From the NCBI RefSeq assembly GCF_016432865.1, contig NC_067398.1, forward strand, positions 295,120,001 to 295,184,000: a stretch of DNA of 64,000 nt, given 5' to 3'. Position 1 is the stretch's first letter. Each line of letters begins with the position of its first letter. Position numbers and translations under genes: made by a program. Of this stretch, positions 22,141 to 37,100 are shown in pieces. Below the pieces are notes generated by a model. That model was given only the letters and a program-made list of their open reading frames with translations. It ran no database searches and was not told the origin of the DNA. Source of the DNA: Antechinus flavipes (Eukaryota).

Positions 22141-25100
22141 AAGCTGAGATTTGTCAGTCATAAGACATTGATTAAGCGCCTACTGTGTATGGACTAAGCA
22201 CCTAGTAAGATAAGCTCTATGGAGTGCAAGAAAGGTCAAATACCGTCCCCGCCCTCCTGGAGCTCACTGTCTACTGGGGGAACTACATGCAAAGAAGCTA
22301 TATAGCTCGGGATAAATTGGAAATAATCAATAGAGGGAAGGCACTAGACGCAAGGGAGGGGCAGAAAAGACCTAGTGGGGGGTGGAGGGCTATGTGCTTC
22401 CCATTCATCCTCGTTAATTAAGAATGAAGATGTTAGTGAGGGGCTATCTGCACCCGGAATCATGAGATAACAATCTCAGGGTCACTGGTCGCTGACACCC
22501 TGAACTTCCCAGATTCCTTCCTCCTACCTACTTTACCAAGAACAGCTCAGAGACCCACGTGTCAAAAAATAAAATAAATTATGTCAAATTAGGGAAAAAA
22601 GCTTTCCCTCTCATCTTTCCTTCCAATTTAAATATCATTAAATGAAATGGAGGCCAGAATTTGGATCTTGGAAATGAGAATCAATTTTGGATTTATTTAA
22701 AATTGTACCTACAACCAGTTCCCTGTGCTTACAATAAGTTGGACTGCAATTACTATCGCTTGAAGTATCCACACTACTTTGCTGACTATTGCTAGTCCAG
22801 TTTAATAATGACCAAACTTTTTTATCTGTGTGGTTTTTAGTCATTAGCTGTGTTCTAGTGGCTTCATTTAAACTTCAAAATGCAAAATTAGTTGACTTCC
22901 TTTTAAGTTCAGATACTGAAGTGTTGTTGTAGACTTGTTTACAAGTCATAAGAGAATTGAAAGAAGTAATTGTATGAGAGTGCCAGTCAATAAGTACCTA
23001 CCATGTACCAAGAATGTCCACAAAATGATATGTTGTCAGTTTTGAATAATCATTGCAGAAGGGAAAACAATTAAAATATTTCATTTTAAAGCTGTTTTCA
23101 TTTGTGAATATTATAACATCGAAATTGTGGCTAAATGGAAAATGTTCAGACCATTGTTTAATTGTATAGTACTTTCTTTCACTTTTATTGTTTACAGTTT
23201 CTTTTGCTATCTCAGCATCACCAGTGATGAGAGAAAAAAATTTGTAGGAAGCTATTCAGTATGAAAGAGCTTTCTCTTCATTATTATGGTTTGCCATAGG
23301 TCTTAAGGGAGAGATGACAGTGGGAGGGCTTGTGTATAATTTCACTGAGACATATAAGGAAGTGGAATGATTTACTTGCAAGTCCAGTATTTTTTTAGGC
23401 TAGCTATCTATAGGAAGTAACTCTCACCTGCCATTTTCAGTGTAGGACCCAAGGTTAAATATTGCTTTCTCACCATTTGATTAGTATTTAGATCATTGTG
23501 GATGCTTGGTAAAAGTTAATTGGTCATAATGAGAAGTATTAAGTATTTTACTAGATCATGTTGCCTTCGAAAAGTTTCAGCATTCTTTAGAAATTCAAAT
23601 GTATGGGAATTTTCTGTAGGAACCCAGTTTGCAGGGAATTATGGACATAACCTCCTTGAACTTCTCTGTACTCTACCAAGTAAAAGAGAATCTTATCTAA
23701 AGTCAACTATTCCTCATGACATAGTTTTGTCAAGGGAAGAATGGTGTTAAGGAAAAAGTCTTAATCTCAGACTTAGGACCCAAGTTTGAGTTCTGGCCAT
23801 TTCTTATAGTATATTGGACAAGTCACTTAACCTTTCAAAGCCTAATTTGCTTTATCTTCAAAATTTAAATCAGCTAATAGACAATGCCTAGATGTAGATA
23901 GAGAGCTAGCTGTCAAGTCAGGAATATCTGGGTACAGTTCCTGCTTCTGTCATATACTTATATGATTATGGTGCAGGTAAGTCACTTAAGCAGTCAGTGC
24001 TCCAGACAGCTTTGTCAGACTTTAATTTTCTGGGGAGGTATCACTTGCATTAGTAAGGAAATTTTTCTCTTTCAGAAGTTGTTATATACCAGTTAAGTTA
24101 CACAGTCCAATCTCTATCCTGGTTTATTGTATCCTGTTTATTAAGCAGCAGCTAATTTCCAGATGCTTTGCTAGATGCTGGAAACTCAAGACAAAATTCA
24201 ATTATTCCCTGCCTTCTGGAGGTTTTGTTCTACTGAAGGGATACAACTTGTTCACAGACAAATAAGTATGGGATATAAACAAAACAAATATGACGTGATG
24301 TGGCCAGTTATCTTTTGGGGGCATCAGGAAAGGCCTCTTGAATAATCTTGAAGAGAATGGGGGAGAGTTAGAAAGGGAAGGGTTGTTAGAGCATATGTAC
24401 TAAGGCACAGAAGTGGGAGATAGAGCATAGCTTGTACCTGGAGACAGTTTGATCATAATGTAGACTGTGTAAAAGTCATCTATAATTTGCCTGGAAGATG
24501 GAGTTAGAACCAGACCTCAAAGGACTTTCTATGCCAAATCTGAGTTTCTTTTTTCTCTCTTGGCAATAGTGATCCCCAGTGCTTCTTGACAGGTGCTTGA
24601 TTAGGGGCAACTAAGTGGTACAGTGGATAGAGCTTCAGCCCTGAAGTCAGGAGGACCTGAGTTCAAATCTGGCTTCAGACACTTAAGCCCTGAAGTCAGG
24701 AGGACCTGAGTTCAAATCTGGCTTCAGACACTTAACATTTCCTAATTGTGTGACCCCGAGCAAGTCACTTAACTCCCCAATTGTCTCAGCAAAAGAAGCA
24801 AAAAAAGAGAGAGAGAGGTGCTTGATTAAAACTAACAATTGGCCTGTTGTATGGACATATTCTCTACAAATGTATGTACTTATTTAAGTGTGCAGAAAGA
24901 AGATGTAAGTGATTCTTGACTGTTTCTTGAAGTGCATATATCAGCAGTGGTAGTATGAAAGATTTGAATAACTCTTTGCTTCCAAGTTCATTTGAGGTAG
25001 TAGAATAAATTGCAATAGGATCATAGATTTAGATCATCTTTAATGATTCTGTTTTATCTACTTAAACAGAACATCTAAGGTTATTTACCTCATTCATGAA

Positions 25101-28100
25101 ATGGCTTTTTTAAAAAAGAACTTATATGAACTCAGTTAATGTAATTTGATGGGGGGAGAGCAAATATATCAGCTCCTACAGGAAAACTTTTTTGATACTA
25201 AATGTTGTAGTGTTCTTTTTCTTTAAAATATAATATAAGATGGTTCTCTCTGGGAGCAGGTTTCTTGGGGAGGGTTTTCTGGAGGCAACCTTAGTTTCGG
25301 TTAAAAGTAATAATTACTCCAAATGCAGCCAGGTGATAAAAGTTCAGATCTTTTGTTGCTTCCTCCAAAATAGCCTGGTTAGTTTTTCTTAGAGACCTAT
25401 CTTTCTGCTTGGTTCCAAGAGCTCTTGTAGTTGTCCTTTGTCTCTGCTTTCTTTAGCCTCCAGCCAGCACAAAGGTGGAAAATGGAATGAATCTCTTGTC
25501 TCCTTGCCTGGGGCTGGGCAGCTTTCTGGAGAGCCTTTCAGACCAGCCTTGGTCTCAGTGGGGGAAGTGCAGGAGGCCAATCACCATTCCAAATATCTGC
25601 AGCCAGCACCAAGGTGAAAGTTGGAATGAATCTGTTTTGCCTCCGAGAGAGGGCTTCTGGCTCTCCCAGAGTGCTCTGTGTCTGTCCCAGAGTGCTCTCT
25701 GTCCCTAAGAGCTTCTTGTGTATATGAGCTCTCTAAAGGTGTGAACACAAGCATTGTTTCTCAGTTCCACTTAGTACCTTGTTTCTTCTGGCCCATAACA
25801 TCTCCTTGTAAGATCAGATCAATCATACTGAACCATGCTAAATTAGATAATTATTGTCTCTATCAACTCTAATGAGTTAACACTTTGTAAGGATTCCAAC
25901 AAAATTTCTTCTCAAATTATCTTGAATTTATTTACTTGCTTACAGATTGTATGCTCCTTGAAGCCAGGAACTGTTTCCTGGGTATCTTTGGTGATTGTTC
26001 CTAGTACTGAGTACCTAATATAGAACCTTGCTCTTAGTTCTCAATTTTAAGTAGTGCTTGTTGAATTGAATTTTTAATTTAGAAAGCTCATTATTTTAAA
26101 ATTGTAAAACTACGTATATATTTAATGCTAGTTGTAGAGAGCCAGCACTCTGGAGAAGTATACTTGAAACAAGGTATTAATAACTCAGTAGAATTGATGA
26201 GATAATGGTTCTCTAGTTCACATACATACTTAGTATTTAGTATGGTGATGTAATGGTTCCCTAGTTCACATATGCATAGTATACTGTAATGATGTAATTG
26301 TAATAATAAATGTAAATGTAATAATAAGGACTGGAAGAGAGACATTCTATCTTTGCCCAGCCTTATAGTGGCTCTCATGCCTCCTGCCCTAAGATCAAGA
26401 CTGGGCCAGAATCAAGAATCTAGACTCTATTCTAAATATTCTCATGGTGTCTATTTTGCTGGGACCAAGGCCCATCCAAAGGACCTCCAAAAGCTAGCCT
26501 GAACATTACAGCTAGTATAAATTTTCTTCAAGGATCATCTGTGGAAGAGGGTGCCCTTGTTCCTTATTGTGTTACATCAATTTAATTCCATTTTTCAACA
26601 ACTCTTAGATATTGTTTTCCTTTGCTGATTTAAAGAGATAGGCTTATTTTAATTGTTAATGTATTAAATGTTCATCTCCAAAAGAGTAATTTTGATTCTT
26701 CTTTTTAGATGAATAATTATTACCAAGCTAATTTTCATTATCTTTTGGGGCAGAATAAACATTTGAACTCATCTTTGTTTATACTACAATTTTTTTCCAT
26801 TGGGCCTTCATTTAATATACTTTTTTCCTTCTTGTGCTACTACCCTATAAAAGGCAATAGCACTTGCCTGAGTGTAATGTCCCTGACCATTACCTGTCAG
26901 TAAAAATTGCCTTTAAAATATCTTCTTGCTCTTTACTTAGAACCAAAAGAAAACCCAAAAACAGTTTTGAAACCAATCAAGATAGCTTGCTTGGCTATGT
27001 AAATGTTATCTAGATATAGATATAGAGTGAGAAAGCTTCCTTTCCAAGGTTATGGATTATGTAATTTTCCTGCTTCTTTAAAGATTTTACACACCTTTTT
27101 CATGAAGGCAGTAAAAGAATATATAGTGCTAAACTTAATATGGCAGTGTGGAAAACTGGTGGACTGCATATATCATCCAAAATTTTTAATACCAAAAGTT
27201 TATAGCCTTATTTTTATGATAAGGAAGAAAAGGCAAATTTCTGTATTGTCTACTAATGATAACTTTGAATCATAGAATTTTGATTTTTTTTTTTGTTTTC
27301 TTTTTAGTTGAAAGGGACTTTAAAGATCATCTAAATAATGGTTTCGAACTTTTGTTCTCAGTACTATTAAAATNNNNNNNNNNNNNNNNNNNNNNNNNNN
27401 NNNNNNNNNNNNNNNNNNNNNNNNNNNNNNNNNNNNNNNNNNNNNNNNNNNNNNNNNNNNNNNNNNNNNNNNNNNNNNNNNNNNNNNNNNNNNNNNNNNN
27501 NNNNNNNNNNNNNNNNCTTTGAATTTGTAGATCCTCTGAAAGCATTTCAGAGACCCCAGGATTCTGTGGACCACATTTTGAAAACCACTAATCTAGACAG
27601 TGTTACTTATTTTACAGAGATTCTAGAAAGATTGAATGATAACCCAAAGTCTGCTAAATCATAGTAGATAAAGGAATAGAATTCAGCTTTCCTGGTTTTC
27701 AGACCAATGTGTGTGTGTGGGGCGGGGGAATTATTTGCTTCGGTTAATTACAAATCATCCCTAAAGTTCAGCTTCTTAGCAGATCATTATTTTGGGGGAA
27801 CTGAGAGTGGACCTTGCTAATTATAAGGTATTGCAGAGAATAAAATAATTCTTGGTCTTTTGAGTAATAGTTATAGGGACGTTTAGAATGGGAATTATGA
27901 TACTAGGTAGTAAGTAATCTTTGTTAGTACAGTACTTGGATCCATGCAACAAAAAAGGTTTAAGAACCCTTAGAGTAGATTCGGATTTTATGATTGATAG
28001 AGTACTGAAATGAGAATTCGAAAGAATTAATTGAGGATCAGATAATAAATATGGTATGTAAACAAAGTAATTATAAATGTTAACAAAGTTTAACAATGTA

Positions 28101-31100
28101 GTAGTTTCTAAAATTTTTTGATTATATACCCATTTGGTTAAAAAAAAAAAAAAAGCAAATTTGAGCATAAATTTCAATATGTATATTTACTTATTTATAA
28201 ATTATATGACTACTTGTAATTATAAATGTTATAAAACTTGTACAAAAGAAGAAAAAGATAGGAAATTTTTAAGGTGTTAATGATTCAAAAACCTTTTTTG
28301 TTCTCACCAAAATATCAGTGATATTTTTAGTGAGAGCAGTGTGAGATGTTTCATTATTTTTTTAAATCTTGGTTTAACTCTTTTGCTACTGTAATTTGAA
28401 AGTTTAGTTCTAAATTCAATTTATTTTGATACTTGGTCTAATAGCTATCACAGCTGAAAAAGATACCTCATAAAGACATGTAGATCCAAATGAGAGAAGT
28501 AAATTGTCCAGCTGTAGTTACTAAATCATGATAACGCATTTTTTCATCCCAATTGATAATTATGCAAAAGATTTTGTTGAAATTCATCCATTAATTTTTT
28601 CTTCCTTGTTTGTTTTTTACAAATTATTCAAAATATGCTGTATTTTAATCTTTTTAATAAATGGGTTCAGAAGAAATTAATTGGAGGTTTTTTTGTAAAT
28701 GATAAATTTTTTTCCAATTACATGTAAAGATAGTTTTCAACATTCATTTTTTTTATAAGATACTGAGTTTCAAATTTTTTTCCTCTCCCACCCTTGTCCT
28801 TAAGATGCAAACTAATGTAGATGATACATGTGCAATCACATAAAATATTTACACATTCATCATGTTTTAAAAGAAGAAGCAGAACAAAAGGGAAAAGTTA
28901 CAAAAACAAACAAAAAATAATATGCTTTGATCTGCATTCAGATTCCATAGTTCTTTCTGTGGATGTGCTTGGCATTTTCCATCATAAACCTTTTGGGATT
29001 GTCTTAGATCATTGCATTGCTAAGATGAGATAAGTCTATCATACATAGTTGATCATTACACGATATTGCTGTTACTGTGTTTAATGTTCTGCTTCTGTTC
29101 ACTTCATTCAGTTTCAGTTAATGTGTCTTTCCAGGTTTTTCTGAAATCCACCTGCTCATTATAATTGAAGAATTTTTAAACAGAAAGATTCTGTTGCCAA
29201 ATTCTTTATGTATGCATATATGAGTATTTATAGGTGGCATACAAAATCTTTTCAGTAAGCTTGAAAAGGTCAAGAACCTACCAAAAGGAGAGAGTGGTCA
29301 ATAGTGTCAAATGATCCAAAGAGGTCAAAAAAAAATGAGGGTTGAGAAAAGGCTGAACTGTTTAATACTTTCATTTGAGTGAGAAGTTAAGGATTACTTG
29401 AGAGACTAGAAGGATGATTTAATGGAAATAAAGACATTTGGAAGATGCACTGTGGGCTGAGGAGATGAGAATGGGAATGTAATGTACTATCTGTGATGCA
29501 CTTCCTGACCCATCCTATGCTATTCACTCCTTTTCACAGGTGGGAAAAAATAAAAGTTTTACTGGCGACTATATGTGAAAACTCAGACCCTATCTTCTTA
29601 ATGGTAGCTTGATAATTATAACAGAATATGAGATGTAGCAGGCATAACCAAGATTAATTTCTAAGAGAGGCTTGTAGTAAAAGGTATTTGATTGAGTATT
29701 GACCCATAAGTGCTTGGTGTAGTTGTGTTGAAAACAAATCCGTGGATTAATTATGTATGGTATGATGGGTAGACTGTAACCCATCTTTTTTTTTTTTTTT
29801 TTTTTTTTTTTGGCTGAGGCAATTGGGGTTAAGTGACTTGCACAGGGTCACATAGTTAGGAAGTGTTGAGTGTCTGAGACCATATTTGAACTCAGGGCCT
29901 TCTGACTTGAGGGCTCGCGCTCTATCCACTGCGCCCCCTAGTTGCCCCACAACTCATCTTCTTAGTTTCCATTTAATTAACCCGTTATTATTGATTCTTA
30001 AGTCCCCACTTTGGAGAAACTACTGGCTTTGTGGACAGCTGGAATTCCTGTATTCATGTCCCTCTGTTGGTAGAACTGTTAGTTTAGTTATTCTGGAAAG
30101 TAAATTGGAATTCACTAAAAAAAGCAAGTAAACGGAGCATACTCTTTGACCCAGCAATATAGTCGGTGTAACCCAAAGAGACCAAAGAAGGAGTTGAAAA
30201 AGACAGCTATGCATAAAAATAATTTGTAACAATTTTTTTTTGGTATAGCAAAGAATTGGAAACTGAGGAGATACTCATCAGTTCGGGAATAGGTGAACAA
30301 ATTGTGATATATAATTGTAATGGAATACTTTGTGTTGTGAGAAATGATGATAGGAATTTTTTTTTTAAACCTGGGAAAATTTATGTGAACTGCAAAATGA
30401 AGTGAGCAGAACCAGGAGAACAATCCATATAATACCAATATTATAAATAAAAAACTTTGAAAGACTAAGTAACTGACCAACAGAATGATTAACCACACAC
30501 CAAACTCCCCATGCTAAAACATGGTTTCTGTCTCCAGATGGAAAATTAATGGATTCAGAACATATCAAATCATTTTGCTGCCATCCTTTTTTCCCTTCCT
30601 TTCTCTCTCTTTCTCTCCCTTTATTCCTCCCTTTTTTCTTTCTCTTTTCTCTTCTTCCTTTTTCCCTTCTTCTTACCATCCCTCTCTCCCTTCCTTCCTT
30701 TCTTCTTTCTTTACATCTTCCTTCCTCTCAGTGGAAATTTGTTTTTGCAGTATATATTTGTAAATAGATTTTGTTTTTCTTACCTTGATAAATGGGTAAA
30801 GGAAAAGGGATGAGGGAAAGAATTTGGAACTGAAAATTAAGTTAAAAAAAAAAAAGACAAGGTAAATAGTTAAGATAATTTGAGGAAAAGCAAGGAAGCC
30901 ATTGTCACTGGATGGTAGAGCACATGGAAGAGAGTAACATAGAAATATTGGAAAGATAGGAAGGAATCAGACAATGAAGATTTTAAAAGTCAAATAAGAA
31001 TTTATATTTCAACCTGGAAATAATAGAGTCACTGGAGTTTATTGAATATGAGGAGATATGACATGGACAGACTGGCATTGTAAGAAAATCAACTTGACAA

Positions 31101-34100
31101 TTGAATGAAAAATGAATTGGAATGGAGAGAGATGAAGCATAGAGACCAACCCACAGAATTTCATTAGGCCAGGTTCTCTGAGTGGAGAGAAGGGGATATA
31201 AGATAAATTAGTTTTATCACGGAGGCATGTTGGTTAGAGCATTGGGCCTGGAATTGGGAATTCAACTCCAGCCTCTAGAGACTTAGAAAGCTCTATTACC
31301 CTGGGCAAATCACTTAACCTTTTTCTACCTCAATTTCCTCATCTATAAAATGGGAAGAATAATAGCACCCACCTCACAGGATTGTTGTATGGATAAAATG
31401 AAATATTTGTAAAATGCTTTGTAAAGCCAAATTCCAGACTTGGAAGTACATGTATAAGTCAAAGCTGATGTAATAAAGGAGTTAAAAATACCTTTTAGTA
31501 ACATTTTCCAATTTGATTTCTATTCTTTGTAATTGCATTAATTAAGGGAATAATTGATGTTTGAATACATTATGATTTTTAAAGATGACGTCTCATTTGC
31601 TATTTGTAGCATGATCTTGTTGAGAACCTGTTATAAAATATTGATGCTTTACATTTTTTTAATTAAAAAGTTTTTTAAAATCTTGTTTTTACATTGTCTT
31701 CATTTCCTAATATATCTCAATAAAATTACAAACAAATTAAAGGACAGAGTTGCAAATGAAACCACAAATTGAGAGGCATTTTAAAATATTTTAATAAAAG
31801 AAAAATATAAAGTGTAACAAAATAATAACAATGATATTTTCTTGTAAAGCTTTGTTGCTTTATTTTAAAGTGGTAATTGCCAAATGTATAAGCAGGAATA
31901 GAGCAGGCTGACTTGCCCTTGGCAAATTATACTTTTCCTTTTTCTTTTAATGACCCAAAACTTGTCCTTGAAACAAAAGCACAATTTTTTAAACACTGTT
32001 GTTCTTTCAGTGATATCATATAATAACTACAGTCTTAAAATACTTCAGTCTCTGAAGAACTGAACTTAAGAATCTCTCTAAAGCAATGGAAAGGCATGTG
32101 GTGGCTATGAACTAGCGCCTATCTATTAGAAATAGAGTTACACAAAAGGAGCCAAATAAAGGATGTCATTAGAGAAATGTATCAGTGAAAAAGATACTAT
32201 GCTGATCATGTAGCAAGAATGAGGAATATGTCAGACATACATTTCTTAATACTACATTGATATTTCTACAATATGAAGAGAATTAGAAGAACTGTAACCC
32301 TCTTTCCTTCCTCCTTCTTCTCCATATTAGTTTAAACGTCCTGTATAGAGATTTTTTTTTATTTACAAGATAAATGCATGGATAGTTTTTCAGCATTGAC
32401 AATTGCAAAACCTTTTGTTCCAATTTTCCCCCTCCTTCCTTCTACCCCCTCCTCCAGATGGCAGGTAGACCAATACATGTTAAATATGTTAAAGTATATG
32501 TTAAATACAATATATGTATACATGTCCATACAATTATTTTGCTGAACAAGAAGAATCGGACTTTGAAATAGTATACAATTAACCTGTAAAGGAAATCAAT
32601 AATGCAGGTGGACAAAATAGAGGAATTGGGAATTCTATGTAGTGGTTCACACTTATTTCCCTGAGTTCTTTCACTAGGTGTAGGTGGTTCAATTCATTAC
32701 TATTCTATTGGAACTGATTTGTTTCATCTCATTGTTGAAGAGGCCCACATCCATCAGAATTGATCATCATATAGTATTGTTGTTGAAGAATATAATGATC
32801 TCCTGGTCCTGCTCATTTCACTCAACATCATTTCATGTAAGTCTCTCCAGGCCCTTCTGAAATCATCCTGCTGGTCATTTCTTACAGAACAATAATATTC
32901 CATAACATTCATATACCACAATTTATTCAGCCGTTCTCCAATTGATGGACATCCACTCAGTTTCCAGTTTCTGGCCACTACAAAGAAGGCTGCCACAAAC
33001 ATTCTTGCACACTGTATAGAGAGATTTGTGAGTGAGACTTGCACAAGATGAACAGTCAGTCATGGATGGTCTGTAAAGTATATTGTTAAAGGGAATGTTC
33101 GGATTAATGAAATAACATCCCTTGAAACACAGGGATCAATTCTCATATTTACTATTGGGGCTGTTATAAGTAAAGCAGCACTGAATACTTTTGTACAGAT
33201 TTTTTCCCCTTTTTATCATTTTTATGATTAGAGTTTTAGTTCTGGGATAACTAAACAAAAGCCTTTTCTAACTTTTGTGTATTGTGTATATTGTATGGAT
33301 CTGTAATAAAATATAGAACTTCTAAGCATTCCTGATAAAAAGATCAGAGCTGCATAGAAACTCTGAAGTCCAAAGACAGGGCTGAAGAGAAACAAAAATA
33401 AACAATGTTAAAGGATCAAACAAGAATAAATTGCTTACATTCAAATATGGGAAGCTATTTGGGTCTCATCTGAACCCTGTTATCATTGGGGTCATAGAGG
33501 GAGTCTAATTAGACGAGGTGTGGGAATGGCTCAGTTCTGTCTTTATCTTAAAAGAAAAAAATGGAACGAGGGAAAGAGGAATACAGTGTTGGTTAGGGGT
33601 GGGAAGGAAGGAAGGATCGAAAAAATTATCTCAATAAGAATGCACAAGTAAACATCTGTAAAAATAAAGATGGTGGGAGAAGCTGACATGTGAATCTTAC
33701 TCTTATCTGAACTGATGAAAGAATACACATATATACATGTAGAATTGAGCATAGAGGTATAATTAACCTGGCCAATCCCTCCCCCACCATAAGAACAAAA
33801 GAAAAAAACCTGTTACAAATATGTATAGTTGAGTAAAAAATTTCAAATTGACCATGTATGAAAACTATTTATTTTATTTTTCACTCCAGGTCTTTTATTT
33901 CTCCATCAGGAGGTGGGTAATATGTGTGTAATATTTCATTCTCCTCTCTTCCCCACTTCCCCCAATAAAAAGAAAGAAAGTTTGGTGAGAGGTTCATTTA
34001 AGCAAAGTCACGCGCCTAATGTTTAAGAAAACAAAGATAAAAAGAAAACTTCAAATAAATTCTTTATAGTGCCAAAGTTAATGGGATGACTGTACTTGGA

Positions 34101-37100
34101 TTTTAACATCACAATTCCAGATAGTCTTAAAGAAGTGAAAAGGACACTCAAGCAAAACAGATAAATAAGGAAAAGACAGTTGGACTAGATTAAGTGTATA
34201 GAGAGACAATCCATGTTGGAAGTGACAGATGTGAAATCATCAAAGTACTAGGTCTCTAATATTTGAAGAAGCAGATGATAAAACATATATTAGTATTAAC
34301 TGGTATATCCACTTTCCTATCTGTGTAAAATAATGAAAATAATCCACACAAATATTGAGAGCATCCTTAATAATAGAATTGAAAAGATAGGTGTTCACAA
34401 ACTATTTCATAGTAGACTACATCTTGATCATTACATGGTTGACAGAAAAATGCAGAAAATAAAATATTCTGTTGTAGTTAGTATTTCTGAACTCTAAAAA
34501 AGCATTTGAGTTATAGAAAAAAATGAAAATCTTAAATTCTCACTTTTTAACATGGTATTTACTGTGCATATTTCAAAATCATGTAATGTTTCTTGAAAGA
34601 GGTAATCTTTTCCAGTCCTCTGGTAATTAATAATAATGGAGTAATAAAATAAGGAGAATTATATGCTTGCTTAAGATGTTTGACACTGTCATGAAAGAGA
34701 GCCTACATAGTCTAAATTGACAGGGGATTCCTTATAGTGATGTGGTCTTCCAAATGCTCCAATTTTCAGATGTTGTCATGCTGATTATATTAAGACCCTT
34801 AACAATGTAAGTTATCCTAAAATGAGGATCCTCTCCTTTTCCCCTCTTGCTTACTCTAGAGTTTGACTTAGCTCTCCATGCAGGAAAACAAAGTGGAGGA
34901 GTAATGATGTCCAGAGAACTTCAAGAGTTCTCTTCTCCTCCTTCCCCCAGCTAGTTGGATTCACCTGCTATGACAAACTTTTGAGAGGACATGGATGAAA
35001 GACACACAAGATGGAATGAGCTTGCAAGGGTTCCATTTGCATCAGTAGAGTTAATACATGCACTGTGATTGCAGCTTTTTTGTTACTCCTGATTCCAGAA
35101 TCCTGTCATCTTGTTGCCCCATGCAGCTCCTTTGGAATATTTACACATTGGAGTATTTCTTAATGATATTGCATTATAATATTATTTTCTTGTTAAGGCT
35201 TGTAATGATGTTAGCTAGTATTTATATGGTGCTTTAAAGTACATTATCTTTTATTTGTCTTCACGCTACCCCTGTGTGGTCATTATTGTATTTTTGGAAT
35301 TATCACATTTTAATTTTATTTTGGGATGAAGCAATAGGGGTTAAGTGTTTTACCCAAGGTCACACAGCTAGTGAGTATTAAATGTCTGGATTTGAACTTA
35401 AGTCCTCCTGACTCCAAGGCTGGTATGCTATCTATAAAGCTATCTAGCTGCCTCTTTTACAGTTTAAGGATAGGAAAAACATTTAATTTCCAAACTTAAA
35501 TTCATTTTATTACTTTTTTTTTTTTTTTTTTTTGCCTCAAATATGGCCTCAGATTTGAATTCAGGTCCTCTTGACTTTAGGGCTGGTGTTATATTCACTG
35601 CACCATCTAGTTACCCTGGTAGATTAATTTTATTATATACAGGTCTTTTTCATGGGAACAAAGTAATATGATAGAAAAGAACAGAATATGGATAGTATTA
35701 TGATTAAGGCAGAAATTAATACAATGGAAAACAAAATAACTGAAATAATGGGAATCAGGAATTAGAGACTTGAAGCTGAAAGGGACCTTAAGAATCATCC
35801 TAGGCCTGCCCTCTCTGGGAGCCATGATTTTTAAAGGGCATTAATTAACTAGAAAATATCCAGAGAAGGGTAACCAGTTTAGTAGAAGGCCTTGAGTCTG
35901 TGTTATGTGAACGATTATTTCTAAGTATTGAGCCTATTTTTCTTGAAGAAAGGGAGAATGAGGTAGAATATTGTAGCTGCAAAGCATATGAAGGGCTGTC
36001 ATGTAGAAGGGATTATATTTCTTCTGATTGATCCTTTAAGACAGAATCAGGAACAATGTATGAAAGAGGAACAATGTATGAAAGATACAAATTGAACATA
36101 CAAAAATCTTTGCATCATAACTGAATCTCTGATCAGCATCTAATAGCCAAAATATATTTGGTATTAAAATATATGTGAAGGACCACTCTCCAATGAATAA
36201 ATTGGCAAAGAATATGAATAGATTATTTAAATCACTAATAAAAGAATTTTTTAAAAAGCCAACTAAAATTTCACCACACAACCAGAAAACTGAAAAATAT
36301 GACAAAAGTAAAAATGATCAATTTTATAGGCATTGAAAAAGCAGGTAGAATTTCAAATTGGTCCATCTATTTTGGAAAGTATTTTGAACATATATTAAAT
36401 GACTTAATTGTTTGTGTCCTTTGACCCAGAGATCTTAGGGCTAAGCATATACTAGATCATATAAATAGGTCAAAGATAGACCCCTGTACACCAGAATATT
36501 TATAGCAGCATCTATTATGATATCAAGAACTGAAAACAATAGATGTCCTTTAATTGGAGAATGGTTAAACAAATTATTGTGTACATGAATATAATGCAGA
36601 CATGATGAATACGAAGAATGGGGAGATTTTTAAAAAGATTTTTATGAAGAGTGAAAGAATCAGAAAAACAGCATGCACAATGACAGTAACAATGATAAAA
36701 ATAAGATAATAATAATAACTATTAAATAATAAAATATTATGAATAAATATTATAAATAATAAGACATGATAAAAATAAGAAAAATGAATTTTTTGCTTAT
36801 TTGTTTAACACACATTGCTTTATGACTCATGTTGAAAGAGAAAAATTGGGGCAAAATGGAAAAAAGCATGGGAGAGAGAAGAAAAACAAAAAAGTAGTGA
36901 ACATGGTATTCAGTCTCCTTGATTGTTTTTCTGGATACAGATGGCATTTTCTTTCCAAAGTCTGTTGGGATTGCTTTGAATCACTGAAGCACCGAGAAGA
37001 ACCAAGTCGTTCATAGTTAATCATTGCATATTCTTGTGTACAACGTATTCCTGGTTCTGCTTGTTTCACTCGGCATCAGTTCATGTAAATCTTTCCAGGC

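Noticed and set aside
24604-24690. tRNA-like A and B boxes in SINE heads
   Set aside because: No cloverleaf or CCA-ready acceptor stem; followed by CORE sequence, A-tail and TSDs, so these are SINEs rather than tRNA genes.
27256-27574. ORFs spanning N runs (also 1173-1475)
   Set aside because: Artefacts of translating assembly gaps.
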